A DNA stretch of 30,936 nucleotides from a virus (taxonomy: Duplodnaviria; Heunggongvirae; Uroviricota; Caudoviricetes): IMG/VR virus record IMGVR_UViG_2671180778_000015; one strand, given 5' to 3'. Position numbers and translations under genes: made by a program. Under the pieces are notes generated by a model. It did no database searches and was not told the DNA's origin. It saw nothing but the letters and a program-made list of their open reading frames with translations. Position 1 is the first letter of the stretch. Every line of letters starts with the position of its first letter. Positions 17,488 through 25,162 of this stretch are shown piece after piece.

Positions 17488-18561
17488 TTACGCTCCCGGC
17501 TCTGCGGTCACTTTAGTCGGTGTGGAGAAGTCACCGACCTTAATTTTTTCCACCAGACAACCGGCGGCGTAGTCTTCCACCACGTAATCAATGTTCATTG
17601 ACTCGTAGTTCTCCACGCGGTCGAGTTTCGGGTTTTCCACAATCACGCGGCGATGGCTGTCATCCATGTAGTAGATGGACAGGTTTTCCAGCTTCGTGAT
17701 GAGCATCGCATCCGCCGGGAAGTACGGGACGCGTACCGCCGGCAGGTTACCGATGCGTTTCTGGCTGATGATGACGTCAGCGGCCAGCATTTCGCTGTTG
17801 TCCTGCTCCTTGTTAACGATGGGGAAATACTTGTCCGCCAGTAGCTGACGCCCCACAATCACCACAAGGTCAGGGTCTTCCTGATACCACGGCTCAATCA
17901 GGTTGTTGGTCGCATCCATCACCAGTGCATCGAGGCTGGCATAATCACCGCCCTTACCCACGCGGATGACCTCAGAGGTCGTGTGACCTTCCTCGTCAGT
18001 AACCTTGCTCATCACGCGCGCCGGGGCTTCATTGCGGTATTTCTGCAGCCAGCCGACCGCCACATCCTGCAGCATCGGGTTACTGCTGCGGTCAGAGGTT
18101 TCGGCACGCCTCACGCCGTTAAAACCGGCCATGATTAAATCAAGGGACTGGCGTTTGATAATGGCATTACGGACACGGAGCTGGAAATCCTGATAACGCG
18201 CCCACAGGTCCAGCGTTTTGTAGCGGATATAAAAATCGAAGTTAATCTGGTCGCATTCGTACTTGTTTGACGCCAGCTTCGAGAAGTCCTTCGGCTGACG
18301 CTCGGTGCCACCGGCGGTGTCGGTGGTGCTGGCGATGGAGCCGGTGACACCGATGCCAATTTTTTCCCCTTTCATTTCGCTGACCGGCACAATGTTGATG
18401 CGGGTCAGAAAATCAGAGGACTCCTGCATGGTGTTCATCAGGGTCTGGGTGACCGACGGTTCAACGGTGAATTTTTTCGACACATCACCGGCGTCGATGC
18501 CGTTCAGTTCGGCAACACGGGACAGATAGGCATTAAATTTAAAGCGGGTTTCCTGGCGCAT
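17488..18561 (-). CDS. N: major capsid protein N, 357 aa
   Basis: 357 aa as P2 gpN; synteny O-N-M. Confidence 0.9.
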   Translation of the reverse strand: MRQETRFKFNAYLSRVAELNGIDAGDVSKKFTVEPSVTQTLMNTMQESSDFLTRINIVPVSEMKGEKIGIGVTGSIASTTDTAGGTERQPKDFSKLASNKYECDQINFDFYIRYKTLDLWARYQDFQLRVRNAIIKRQSLDLIMAGFNGVRRAETSDRSSNPMLQDVAVGWLQKYRNEAPARVMSKVTDEEGHTTSEVIRVGKGGDYASLDALVMDATNNLIEPWYQEDPDLVVIVGRQLLADKYFPIVNKEQDNSEMLAADVIISQKRIGNLPAVRVPYFPADAMLITKLENLSIYYMDDSHRRVIVENPKLDRVENYESMNIDYVVEDYAAGCLVEKIKVGDFSTPTKVTAEPGA

Positions 18562-18619
18562 AGTTTTTCCTGAAATTAAGGGTTAATCGTGAAGGTTTTC
18601 CCGGACTGACTGACGCCGG

Positions 18620-19474
18620 TCAGCAGTTCGTCATCAGGGCGTCACCGCCACCGCCGGTGGCTTTGCTGCGGCGCTGCTGGGTCAGACTTTCGGTGTGGTC
18701 GAGACTGTTTTTCAGGCGGGTGAATGCCTGACTGGTTTCATCCGCCCTGTCAGTCACATCCTGCTTAAGTGCGGAAAAGGCAGTTTCCATCTCAGCGAGG
18801 CGCTGCTCAGTGGCGCTCAGTTTTTCCTGCACATGTTCAGCGACAGCGGTCACCGCTTCATGCACGTCATTCAGACGGGCGTCATCGCTGGCCTGTTTGC
18901 GGCCAAAAATGGATTTCACCTTTTCGGTCAGGGCGGTGAACACGGTTTCAGGCAGGTCTTCAAATTCCAGCTCAACGGGCGTTGCCACTGAAATCAGATT
19001 TTCAGGGCTTAATTTGAAGCGGTTCAGGGGGTTGTGTTTTGCCGTGCGGCAGAATTCCAGGTATTCCGTGCCGAGGCTTGCCGGGTCATCGGTGACAGCC
19101 AGCCCCACCAGATAACATTTGCCGGTATTGGCAAAGTTCGGCTGAATTTCCATTGAGGTGTAGACCTTCTGCGCGGCCTTGTTCATCGCGATAAGGTCAT
19201 CGGTCGGGGTGATTTTCGCAAACAGCGCCCATTTGCCTTTCAGCGCCGAATCGTCATCAATCTTTTCGGCCTTCAGTTCGGCCACATCGCCATAACGTTT
19301 AAAAATACCGTCAGGCAGGATGCCGCGCAGATGTTCCAGGTTAATGCGGCAACCATAGACACGCGGGTCAAAGGTTTCCGCCATTTCCTGAATATCCTGC
19401 GCACTGATGACACGCCCGTCACAGGTGTCACCCTCAACGCCGATACGAAAGAATTTTGAGACTTTTTTTGCCAT
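18620..19474 (-). CDS. O: capsid scaffolding protein O, 284 aa
   Basis: Trimmed to the MAKKVSKFFRIGVEGDTCDGRV start (ATG at 19472-19474) gives 284 aa as P2 gpO; divergent from P. Confidence 0.9.
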   Translation of the reverse strand: MAKKVSKFFRIGVEGDTCDGRVISAQDIQEMAETFDPRVYGCRINLEHLRGILPDGIFKRYGDVAELKAEKIDDDSALKGKWALFAKITPTDDLIAMNKAAQKVYTSMEIQPNFANTGKCYLVGLAVTDDPASLGTEYLEFCRTAKHNPLNRFKLSPENLISVATPVELEFEDLPETVFTALTEKVKSIFGRKQASDDARLNDVHEAVTAVAEHVQEKLSATEQRLAEMETAFSALKQDVTDRADETSQAFTRLKNSLDHTESLTQQRRSKATGGGGDALMTNC

Positions 19475-19647
19475 TGTCAGGAGTCCTGAATAGTGATTAG
19501 AGGAGTCACATGTCGGCATCAGTTTCCCGACGATGCGCATCCTCCGCCATCAGTCCCGGATGGCTTATCACTGACACAACAGCACCTTAGCGAATCGCGG
19601 GGCGCGACTCAGTAGCCTTGCCCTGTATTCATTACGGCGAGGTATTC

Positions 19648-21420
19648 ATGACCATCACCACAGACACCACTCTTTTACACGACCCGCGTCGTCAGGCGGC
19701 GCTGCTGTACTGGCAGGGGTTTTCCGTGCCGCAGATTGCCGCCATGTTGCAGATGAAACGCCCGACGGTGCAGAGCTGGAAACAGCGCGACGGCTGGGAC
19801 AGCGTTGCCCCCATCAGCCGTGTCGAAATGAGTCTGGAAGCGCGGCTGACCCAGCTCATCATCAAACCGCAGAAAACCGGCGGTGACTTCAAGGAAATTG
19901 ACCTGCTGGGACGCCAGATTGAACGACTGGCACGGGTAAACCGTTACAGTCAGACCGGCAACGAGGCAGACCTTAATCCGAACGTTGCTAACCGCAACAA
20001 AGGCGGGCGGCGCAAACCGAAAAAGAATTTTTTCAGTGACGAGGCCATCGAAAAGCTGGAGCAGATTTTCTTTGAGCAGTCTTTCGAATATCAGTTGCAC
20101 TGGTATCGCGCCGGGCTTGAGCACCGCATCCGCGATATCCTGAAATCCCGCCAGATTGGCGCGACGTTTTATTTTTCCCGCGAGGCGCTGCTGCGCGCCC
20201 TGAAAACAGGTCATAACCAGATTTTTCTGTCGGCCAGTAAAACGCAGGCGTATGTGTTCCGCGAATACATCATCGCCTTTGCCCGTCTGGTTGACGTTGA
20301 CCTGACCGGTGACCCGATTGTCCTGGGCAATAACGGCGCAAAACTGATTTTTCTCGGCACCAACTCCAACACCGCGCAGAGCCATAACGGCGACCTGTAC
20401 GTCGACGAGATTTTCTGGATTCCGAATTTTCAGGTGCTGCGTAAGGTGGCATCAGGTATGGCCTCACAGAGTCACCTGCGATCGACCTATTTCTCCACCC
20501 CGTCCACGCTGGCGCACGACGCCTACCCGTTCTGGTCGGGTGAACTGTTCAACCGGGGACGCGCCAGCGCCGCCGAACGCGTGGAAATCGACGTCAGTCA
20601 TAACGCCCTTGCCGGTGGGCTTCTCTGTGCGGACGGCCAGTGGCGGCAGATTGTCACCATTGAGGACGCCCTGAAAGGCGGCTGCACGCTGTTCGACATT
20701 GAGCAGCTCAAACGCGAAAACAGCGCCGACGATTTTAAAAACCTGTTCATGTGTGAATTTGTTGACGACAAGGCGTCGGTGTTCCCGTTCGAGGAGCTGC
20801 AACGCTGTATGGTCGACACGCTGGAAGAATGGGAAGACTATGCGCCGTTTGCCGCAAATCCGTTCGGCTCCCGCCCGGTATGGATTGGTTACGACCCGTC
20901 ACACCGTGGCGACAGCGCCGGATGCGTGGTGCTGGCACCGCCGGTGGTGGCCGGTGGCAAATTCAGGATCCTTGAGCGTCACCAGTGGAAAGGCATGGAC
21001 TTTGCCACCCAGGCAGAATCCATCCGCAAACTCACCGAAAAATACAACGTCGAATACATCGGGATTGATGCCACCGGCCTCGGTGTCGGTGTGTTCCAGC
21101 TCGTGCGCTCGTTCTATCCCGCCGCTCGCGATATCCGCTACACGCCGGAAATGAAAACCGCAATGGTGCTCAAGGCAAAAGACGTTATCCGCCGTGGCTG
21201 TCTGGAATATGACGTCAGCGCCACCGACATCACCAGCTCGTTTATGGCTATCCGCAAGACCATGACCAGCAGCGGACGCAGCGCCACCTATGAGGCCAGC
21301 CGCAACGAGGAAGCCAGCCACGCCGACCTCGCCTGGGCGACCATGCACGCCCTGTTAAATGAGCCACTCACCGCCGGTATCAGCACTCCGCTGACATCCA
21401 CCATTCTGGAGTTTTACTGA
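19648..21420 (+). CDS. P: terminase large (ATPase) subunit P, 590 aa
   Basis: Trimmed to the MTITTDTTLLHDPRRQAALLYWQGF start (ATG 19648-19650, GGCGAGG upstream) gives 590 aa as P2 gpP; stop overlaps the Q start (ACTGATG). Confidence 0.9.
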   Translation: MTITTDTTLLHDPRRQAALLYWQGFSVPQIAAMLQMKRPTVQSWKQRDGWDSVAPISRVEMSLEARLTQLIIKPQKTGGDFKEIDLLGRQIERLARVNRYSQTGNEADLNPNVANRNKGGRRKPKKNFFSDEAIEKLEQIFFEQSFEYQLHWYRAGLEHRIRDILKSRQIGATFYFSREALLRALKTGHNQIFLSASKTQAYVFREYIIAFARLVDVDLTGDPIVLGNNGAKLIFLGTNSNTAQSHNGDLYVDEIFWIPNFQVLRKVASGMASQSHLRSTYFSTPSTLAHDAYPFWSGELFNRGRASAAERVEIDVSHNALAGGLLCADGQWRQIVTIEDALKGGCTLFDIEQLKRENSADDFKNLFMCEFVDDKASVFPFEELQRCMVDTLEEWEDYAPFAANPFGSRPVWIGYDPSHRGDSAGCVVLAPPVVAGGKFRILERHQWKGMDFATQAESIRKLTEKYNVEYIGIDATGLGVGVFQLVRSFYPAARDIRYTPEMKTAMVLKAKDVIRRGCLEYDVSATDITSSFMAIRKTMTSSGRSATYEASRNEEASHADLAWATMHALLNEPLTAGISTPLTSTILEFY

Positions 21421-22454
21421 TGAGCAAGAAAAAAGGGAAAACACCGCGACCAGCGGCAAAAACAATGACCGCCAGCGCCCCGAAAATGGAGGCATTCACC
21501 TTTGGTGAGCCGGTGCCGGTACTCGATCGCCGTGACATTCTGGATTACGTCGAGTGCATCAGTAACGGCAGATGGTATGAGCCACCGGTCAGCTTTACCG
21601 GTCTGGCAAAAAGCCTGCGTGCTGCCGTGCATCACAGCTCCCCGATTTACGTCAAACGTAATATTCTGGCCTCGACATTTATCCCGCATCCGTGGCTTTC
21701 CCAGCAGGATTTCAGCCGCTTTGTGCTGGATTTTCTGGTGTTCGGTAATGCGTTTCTGGAAAAGCGTTACAGCACCACCGGTAAGGTCATCAGACTGGAA
21801 ACCTCACCGGCAAAATATACCCGCCGTGGTGTGGAAGAAGATATTTACTGGTGGGTGCCGTCCTTCAACGAGCCAACACCTTTCACGCCCGGCTCCGTGT
21901 TTCACCTGCTGGAGCCGGATATCAATCAGGAGCTGTACGGCCTGCCGGAATATCTCAGCGCCCTTAACTCTGCCTGGCTGAATGAATCAGCCACGCTGTT
22001 CCGCCGCAAGTATTACGAAAACGGCGCACATGCCGGATACATCATGTACGTCACCGATGCCGTGCAGGATCGCAACGATATCGAAATGCTCCGCGAAAAC
22101 ATGGTGAAGTCGAAAGGCCGCAACAACTTTAAAAACCTGTTTCTCTATGCCCCACAGGGGAAAGCCGACGGCATTAAAATTATCCCGCTCAGTGAAGTGG
22201 CAACGAAGGACGATTTTTTTAATATCAAAAAAGCCAGCGCCGCTGACCTGCTGGACGCGCACCGCATCCCCTTTCAGTTGATGGGCGGCAAGCCGGAGAA
22301 CGTCGGGTCGCTGGGCGATATTGAGAAAGTGGCAAAGGTCTTTGTCCGCAATGAGCTTATCCCGCTACAGGACAGGATCCGCGAGATAAACGGCTGGCTC
22401 GGCCAGGAAGTCATCCGCTTTAAAAACTACTCACTGGACACTGACAACGGCTGA
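21420..22454 (+). CDS. Q: portal (capsid vertex) protein Q, 344 aa
   Basis: 344 aa as P2 gpQ; follows P; ends near cos as in P2. Confidence 0.9.
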   Translation: MSKKKGKTPRPAAKTMTASAPKMEAFTFGEPVPVLDRRDILDYVECISNGRWYEPPVSFTGLAKSLRAAVHHSSPIYVKRNILASTFIPHPWLSQQDFSRFVLDFLVFGNAFLEKRYSTTGKVIRLETSPAKYTRRGVEEDIYWWVPSFNEPTPFTPGSVFHLLEPDINQELYGLPEYLSALNSAWLNESATLFRRKYYENGAHAGYIMYVTDAVQDRNDIEMLRENMVKSKGRNNFKNLFLYAPQGKADGIKIIPLSEVATKDDFFNIKKASAADLLDAHRIPFQLMGGKPENVGSLGDIEKVAKVFVRNELIPLQDRIREINGWLGQEVIRFKNYSLDTDNG

Positions 22455-22459
22455 ACATC

Positions 22460-22481
22460 GCCGCCTGCGGGCGGCTTTTTT
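22460..22481 (+). terminator. rho-independent terminator after Q
   Basis: GCCGCC tgcg GGCGGC stem-loop followed by TTTTTT, 6 nt after the Q stop codon. Confidence 0.7.
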
Positions 22482-22623
22482 ACAACCCGCCATCACGCCC
22501 TCACACGCTCACCACCGCACAAAACAGCCCGCAGACACACCAACGCCCCGGCGAACAATCTAAACGCCATCACGACGCGCTCAGACGCTGAAAAAATAAA
22601 ATCAGCACCACCGCCAGCGCGCA

Positions 22624-22642
22624 GTGCTTTCCCCGCCTCGCC
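22624..22642 (-). other. cos: cos site (19-nt cohesive-end sequence GGCGAGGCGGGGAAAGCAC on the minus strand)
   Basis: Plus strand GTGCTTTCCCCGCCTCGCC at 22624-22642 is the exact reverse complement of the 19-nt P2 cohesive end as I recall it; located just beyond Q as on the P2 map. Confidence 0.7.
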
Positions 22643-22802
22643 CGCCCGCTTCGTGGGGCGGTTTTAATGCAGTTGCATGAGTACACTGATTCCAGGCCAG
22701 CCCTAGCGGCGAAAAGCCAGAACAGACAAAACGGATGTATGCAAAATCATGCACCTAATGTATGCGTAGCTATAAAAAGGGGAAACGGCGGATAAATGGC
22801 AT

Positions 22803-22829
22803 AAAACCGGCATCCAGTATGCCGGTTTT
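22803..22829 (-). terminator. bidirectional hairpin terminator downstream of the cargo operon
   Basis: AAAACCGGCAT ccagt ATGCCGGTTTT: perfect 11-bp stem flanked by an A-run and a T-run; 22 nt beyond the stop of the 207-aa membrane protein gene. Confidence 0.7.
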
Positions 22830-22850
22830 ATTATGCTGAACCATTTGGTG

Positions 22851-23474
22851 TTATTTGGATAACTTACCCTTAATATAATCAACAATTCCCATAATCAGTT
22901 CACTTAGAGGGGTTGCCAACTCAATACTCTCATTTGCTCTTTGCCCTGGTTGGTTTTTATCGGTCGGATGATGAAACGCAGACTTAATGAGTGTAAGGAT
23001 TAAGGTCAAGCCAACACCAAGGATAAATGCAACTATAGCAATCAATGAACTGGCAGAAAGCCAGTCCGTAGATAAGTTACCCATAGCCTTATCATTTTTG
23101 TCGAGATGGACACTTTTTGTGGCTACTGGTTTTACAGACTCTGATTTCGACTCAGAGCATTCCCCCTTTAATTCGCAAACATCTTTTTGAGTCTGAGTCT
23201 GAGTCAAAGCTGAAACGATATTACTTTTAGCCTGAAGTAATCCATTACCAACTTTAAGAGCAAAGCACAAACCAACTACTAAAAACAAAATTGCAATAAG
23301 CAAAGCTATGCTCGACACAATCAAACGCATCCATCTCCGCTCGATAGCATCATGCACATCTCTACGTAACAAAATATCGGGATCACTATCCCCACGAGGA
23401 GTTGACGTAGGTGGTAAATTAGAAGGTTGAGGTGACTGAGCCGGAGATTGCCCAGAAAGATCTATTTCTGCCAT
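22851..23474 (-). CDS. cargo protein: 2-TM membrane protein with Pro/Ser-rich N-terminus, 207 aa, function unknown
   Basis: ATG at 23472-23474; two hydrophobic helices (about residues 50-75 and 138-160) separated by a polar Cys/Lys/Ser-rich loop; AT-rich codon usage unlike the phage backbone; co-directional with and 67 bp downstream of the ImmA-like gene; followed by a terminator. Confidence 0.6.
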   Translation of the reverse strand: MAEIDLSGQSPAQSPQPSNLPPTSTPRGDSDPDILLRRDVHDAIERRWMRLIVSSIALLIAILFLVVGLCFALKVGNGLLQAKSNIVSALTQTQTQKDVCELKGECSESKSESVKPVATKSVHLDKNDKAMGNLSTDWLSASSLIAIVAFILGVGLTLILTLIKSAFHHPTDKNQPGQRANESIELATPLSELIMGIVDYIKGKLSK

Positions 23475-23541
23475 AAAAAATCACCATTATCTTAATAGAT
23501 AATGGTGATTCTAAACTGGTTTGGGAAAAGTTAAAGGGCTA

Positions 23542-24027
23542 TTAGTAAGCCATACCCAGCCCTTTTAGTCGCCAGTGCATCGCTGCTTCCGATACATTAA
23601 ATATGTTGGCTAAACGTAAAGTACTATCAATTCCTTCACGAGATACCAACTGACGGATGGCATCTTCAGGCATCAATAGTTCTGCGGCAAACTGGTTAGC
23701 TTCGATTTCACGGTAATCACGAATACCTGTTGAATAGTTGCCCACACTATCGCGATGAAACTCACCATCCTTCGTATGCCCCAAAACGTGATGAGCTAAC
23801 TCATGCGCTACTGTAAAGCGTTGACGGTTATAGTGCTCGGTTGAATCGAAATAAATCCTAGGCACGCCATTTTTAATTACTGCCAGACCACTTAACCCAT
23901 CGTTGTTAAACGCCGACTCCGTGAGTGCCTCCACTCTTGCTCCCCATGCTGCGGCGAGTTTAAACGGATCGACAGGTAGTCGGCGATCCCAGTAGCGACT
24001 AAGCAGATTTTTAGCTGCAATACTCAT
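23542..24027 (-). CDS. cargo protein: ImmA/IrrE-family (COG2856/DUF955-type) zinc metallopeptidase, 161 aa
   Basis: HEXXH motif in FTVAHELAHHVLGH followed by EIEANQFAAELLMPEDAI, the pattern I associate with ImmA/IrrE peptidases; strong RBS (GGAGGCACC ATG); AT-rich locus between cos and gene A. Confidence 0.7.
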   Translation of the reverse strand: MSIAAKNLLSRYWDRRLPVDPFKLAAAWGARVEALTESAFNNDGLSGLAVIKNGVPRIYFDSTEHYNRQRFTVAHELAHHVLGHTKDGEFHRDSVGNYSTGIRDYREIEANQFAAELLMPEDAIRQLVSREGIDSTLRLANIFNVSEAAMHWRLKGLGMAY

Positions 24028-24062
24028 GGTGCCTCCTACATTTGAAGTTAAAGGGATACAGC

Positions 24063-24089
24063 CTTATCACAGTTGTTATTTTTCGTCAA
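24063..24089 (-). promoter_or_regulatory. candidate sigma70-type promoter for the ImmA-like/membrane protein operon
   Basis: Minus strand reads TTGACG, then a 17-nt spacer, then TAAGGC about 45 nt upstream of the ImmA-like ATG. The -35 is good, the -10 is weak. Purely sequence-based. Confidence 0.3.
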
Positions 24090-24746
24090 GACTGTTTTTA
24101 CGCCTTTACTATAACACTAATCCACGTTTTCCCATAACATTTTTGACATCACCTATGCATTCATTTCTGCACACAGCACTATATCTTTGATGATAACAAC
24201 CGATGAATACTTGTGATCAGCTTATGTTTTGTAAAAATCTTATAAATCAAAATATTGAGATCAAAAAAATCACTAACGCCTCGCGTAGCGAGTGGTTAAA
24301 CCTTGGTGATACTTAAAGCAAATTTCAGCACCACCATCGCTCCATAACTACCATAACAATATGATTTTAATATGATTGATGACGTTATTTTTAAGTGCCT
24401 ATTCAGTTAGGCTACATCGTATTGTGTATTTTTCAATCACTGACAAATTTAAAAAATTTAGACTGCTTTCAAGGCCTTATCATCCGTAGCCTCTGTTTTT
24501 TACTTTGAGCTATATCAAAAAAAGCTCAAACATCCTTGATGCAAAACCAGTATTACACAACATAAAATGCAGCCAGAAACAACGACATACTATATGTTGT
24601 GTTGTTCAGGCTCTCTGTTCGGTGATGTGCCAGATCACTTTGCGTTTAAACAGAGCATTATTTCAGGGCAAGACTTCGCTCAATAGTCACTCCGCCTTAG
24701 AAGCGCATATACCGGCGGAAGTTGCCCTCTGCTTACAGGAGGCAAT

Positions 24747-24860
24747 ATGAAGAAGTGCTACTACTGCATTCTCGTTCTGGCTCTCTTTGGCTATCCAAAC
24801 GGTAGTCCGAGTGGTTTGTCAGTAAACGTCAGTAATATCCATGTAAGTATTTTTCTTTAG
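24747..24860 (+). CDS. small hydrophobic peptide ORF, 37 aa (MKKCYYCILVLALFGYPNGSPSGLSVNVSNIHVSIFL)
   Basis: Not in the supplied ORF track (below size cutoff); hand-translated. AGGAGG 5 nt upstream of the ATG; TAG stop 12 nt before a strong hairpin terminator; hydrophobic N-terminal half. Could be a small toxin or leader peptide; no recognised family. Confidence 0.4.
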   Translation: MKKCYYCILVLALFGYPNGSPSGLSVNVSNIHVSIFL

Positions 24861-24872
24861 TATGCTTCAAAC

Positions 24873-24902
24873 AAAAAAACCACCTGCCAGGGTGGTTTTT
24901 TT
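24873..24902 (+). terminator. rho-independent (bidirectional) terminator
   Basis: AAAAAAA CCACC tgccag GGTGG TTTTTTT: GC stem extended by an A-run/T-run pair; follows the 37-aa ORF and precedes the 3' end of gene A on the opposite strand. Confidence 0.75.
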
Positions 24903-25162
24903 GCGCCCGTCATCAACCCGATGAAAGACTAGCAAGACTTCGCTCGAGACGAATTATGCTTCGACAGAAGGTCACTCGCAATGATTTTATTAGCCGAAAT
25001 AGATGCTCTTTTATGACTCGCATCAAATAGCTGCCTTCAATTACATGCTAGCGATTCCATACAATTTAGCCTTTTAATTCAGCATGCTATTGACCTTCCT
25101 CTGCCTTAGAGTCGCTCCACATAAACCATTCAAAGGCATATCAAATCACGTTGTGTTTTTAC

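Noticed and set aside
19475-19647. Ogr-dependent late promoters (TGT-N12-ACA dyad) in the O-P divergent region and upstream of FI and V
   Set aside because: Late promoters are expected here from P2 biology, but I could not find a clean TGT-N12-ACA dyad by eye (only a partial GTCGG-N10-CCGAC inverted repeat near 19512-19531), so no coordinates are asserted.
19675-20385. 236-aa minus-strand ORF inside terminase gene P (also 20464..20802 and 20899..21348)
   Set aside because: Shadow ORFs antisense to the strongly supported P gene; no RBS and no independent support.
24505-24750. 81-aa plus-strand ORF in the AT-rich cargo leader
   Set aside because: Initiates at TTG with no recognisable RBS and an AT-rich, Cys-scattered translation; more likely non-coding. 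The short ATG-initiated 37-aa ORF with a strong SD at its 3' end is the better candidate.
22643-25162. Possibility that the cos-to-A cargo locus carries old, tin or a retron
   Set aside because: No ORF of the size or character of Old (about 580 aa ATPase/nuclease), Tin, or a reverse transcriptase is present; the only credible ORFs are the ImmA-like peptidase, the 2-TM protein and the 37-aa peptide.
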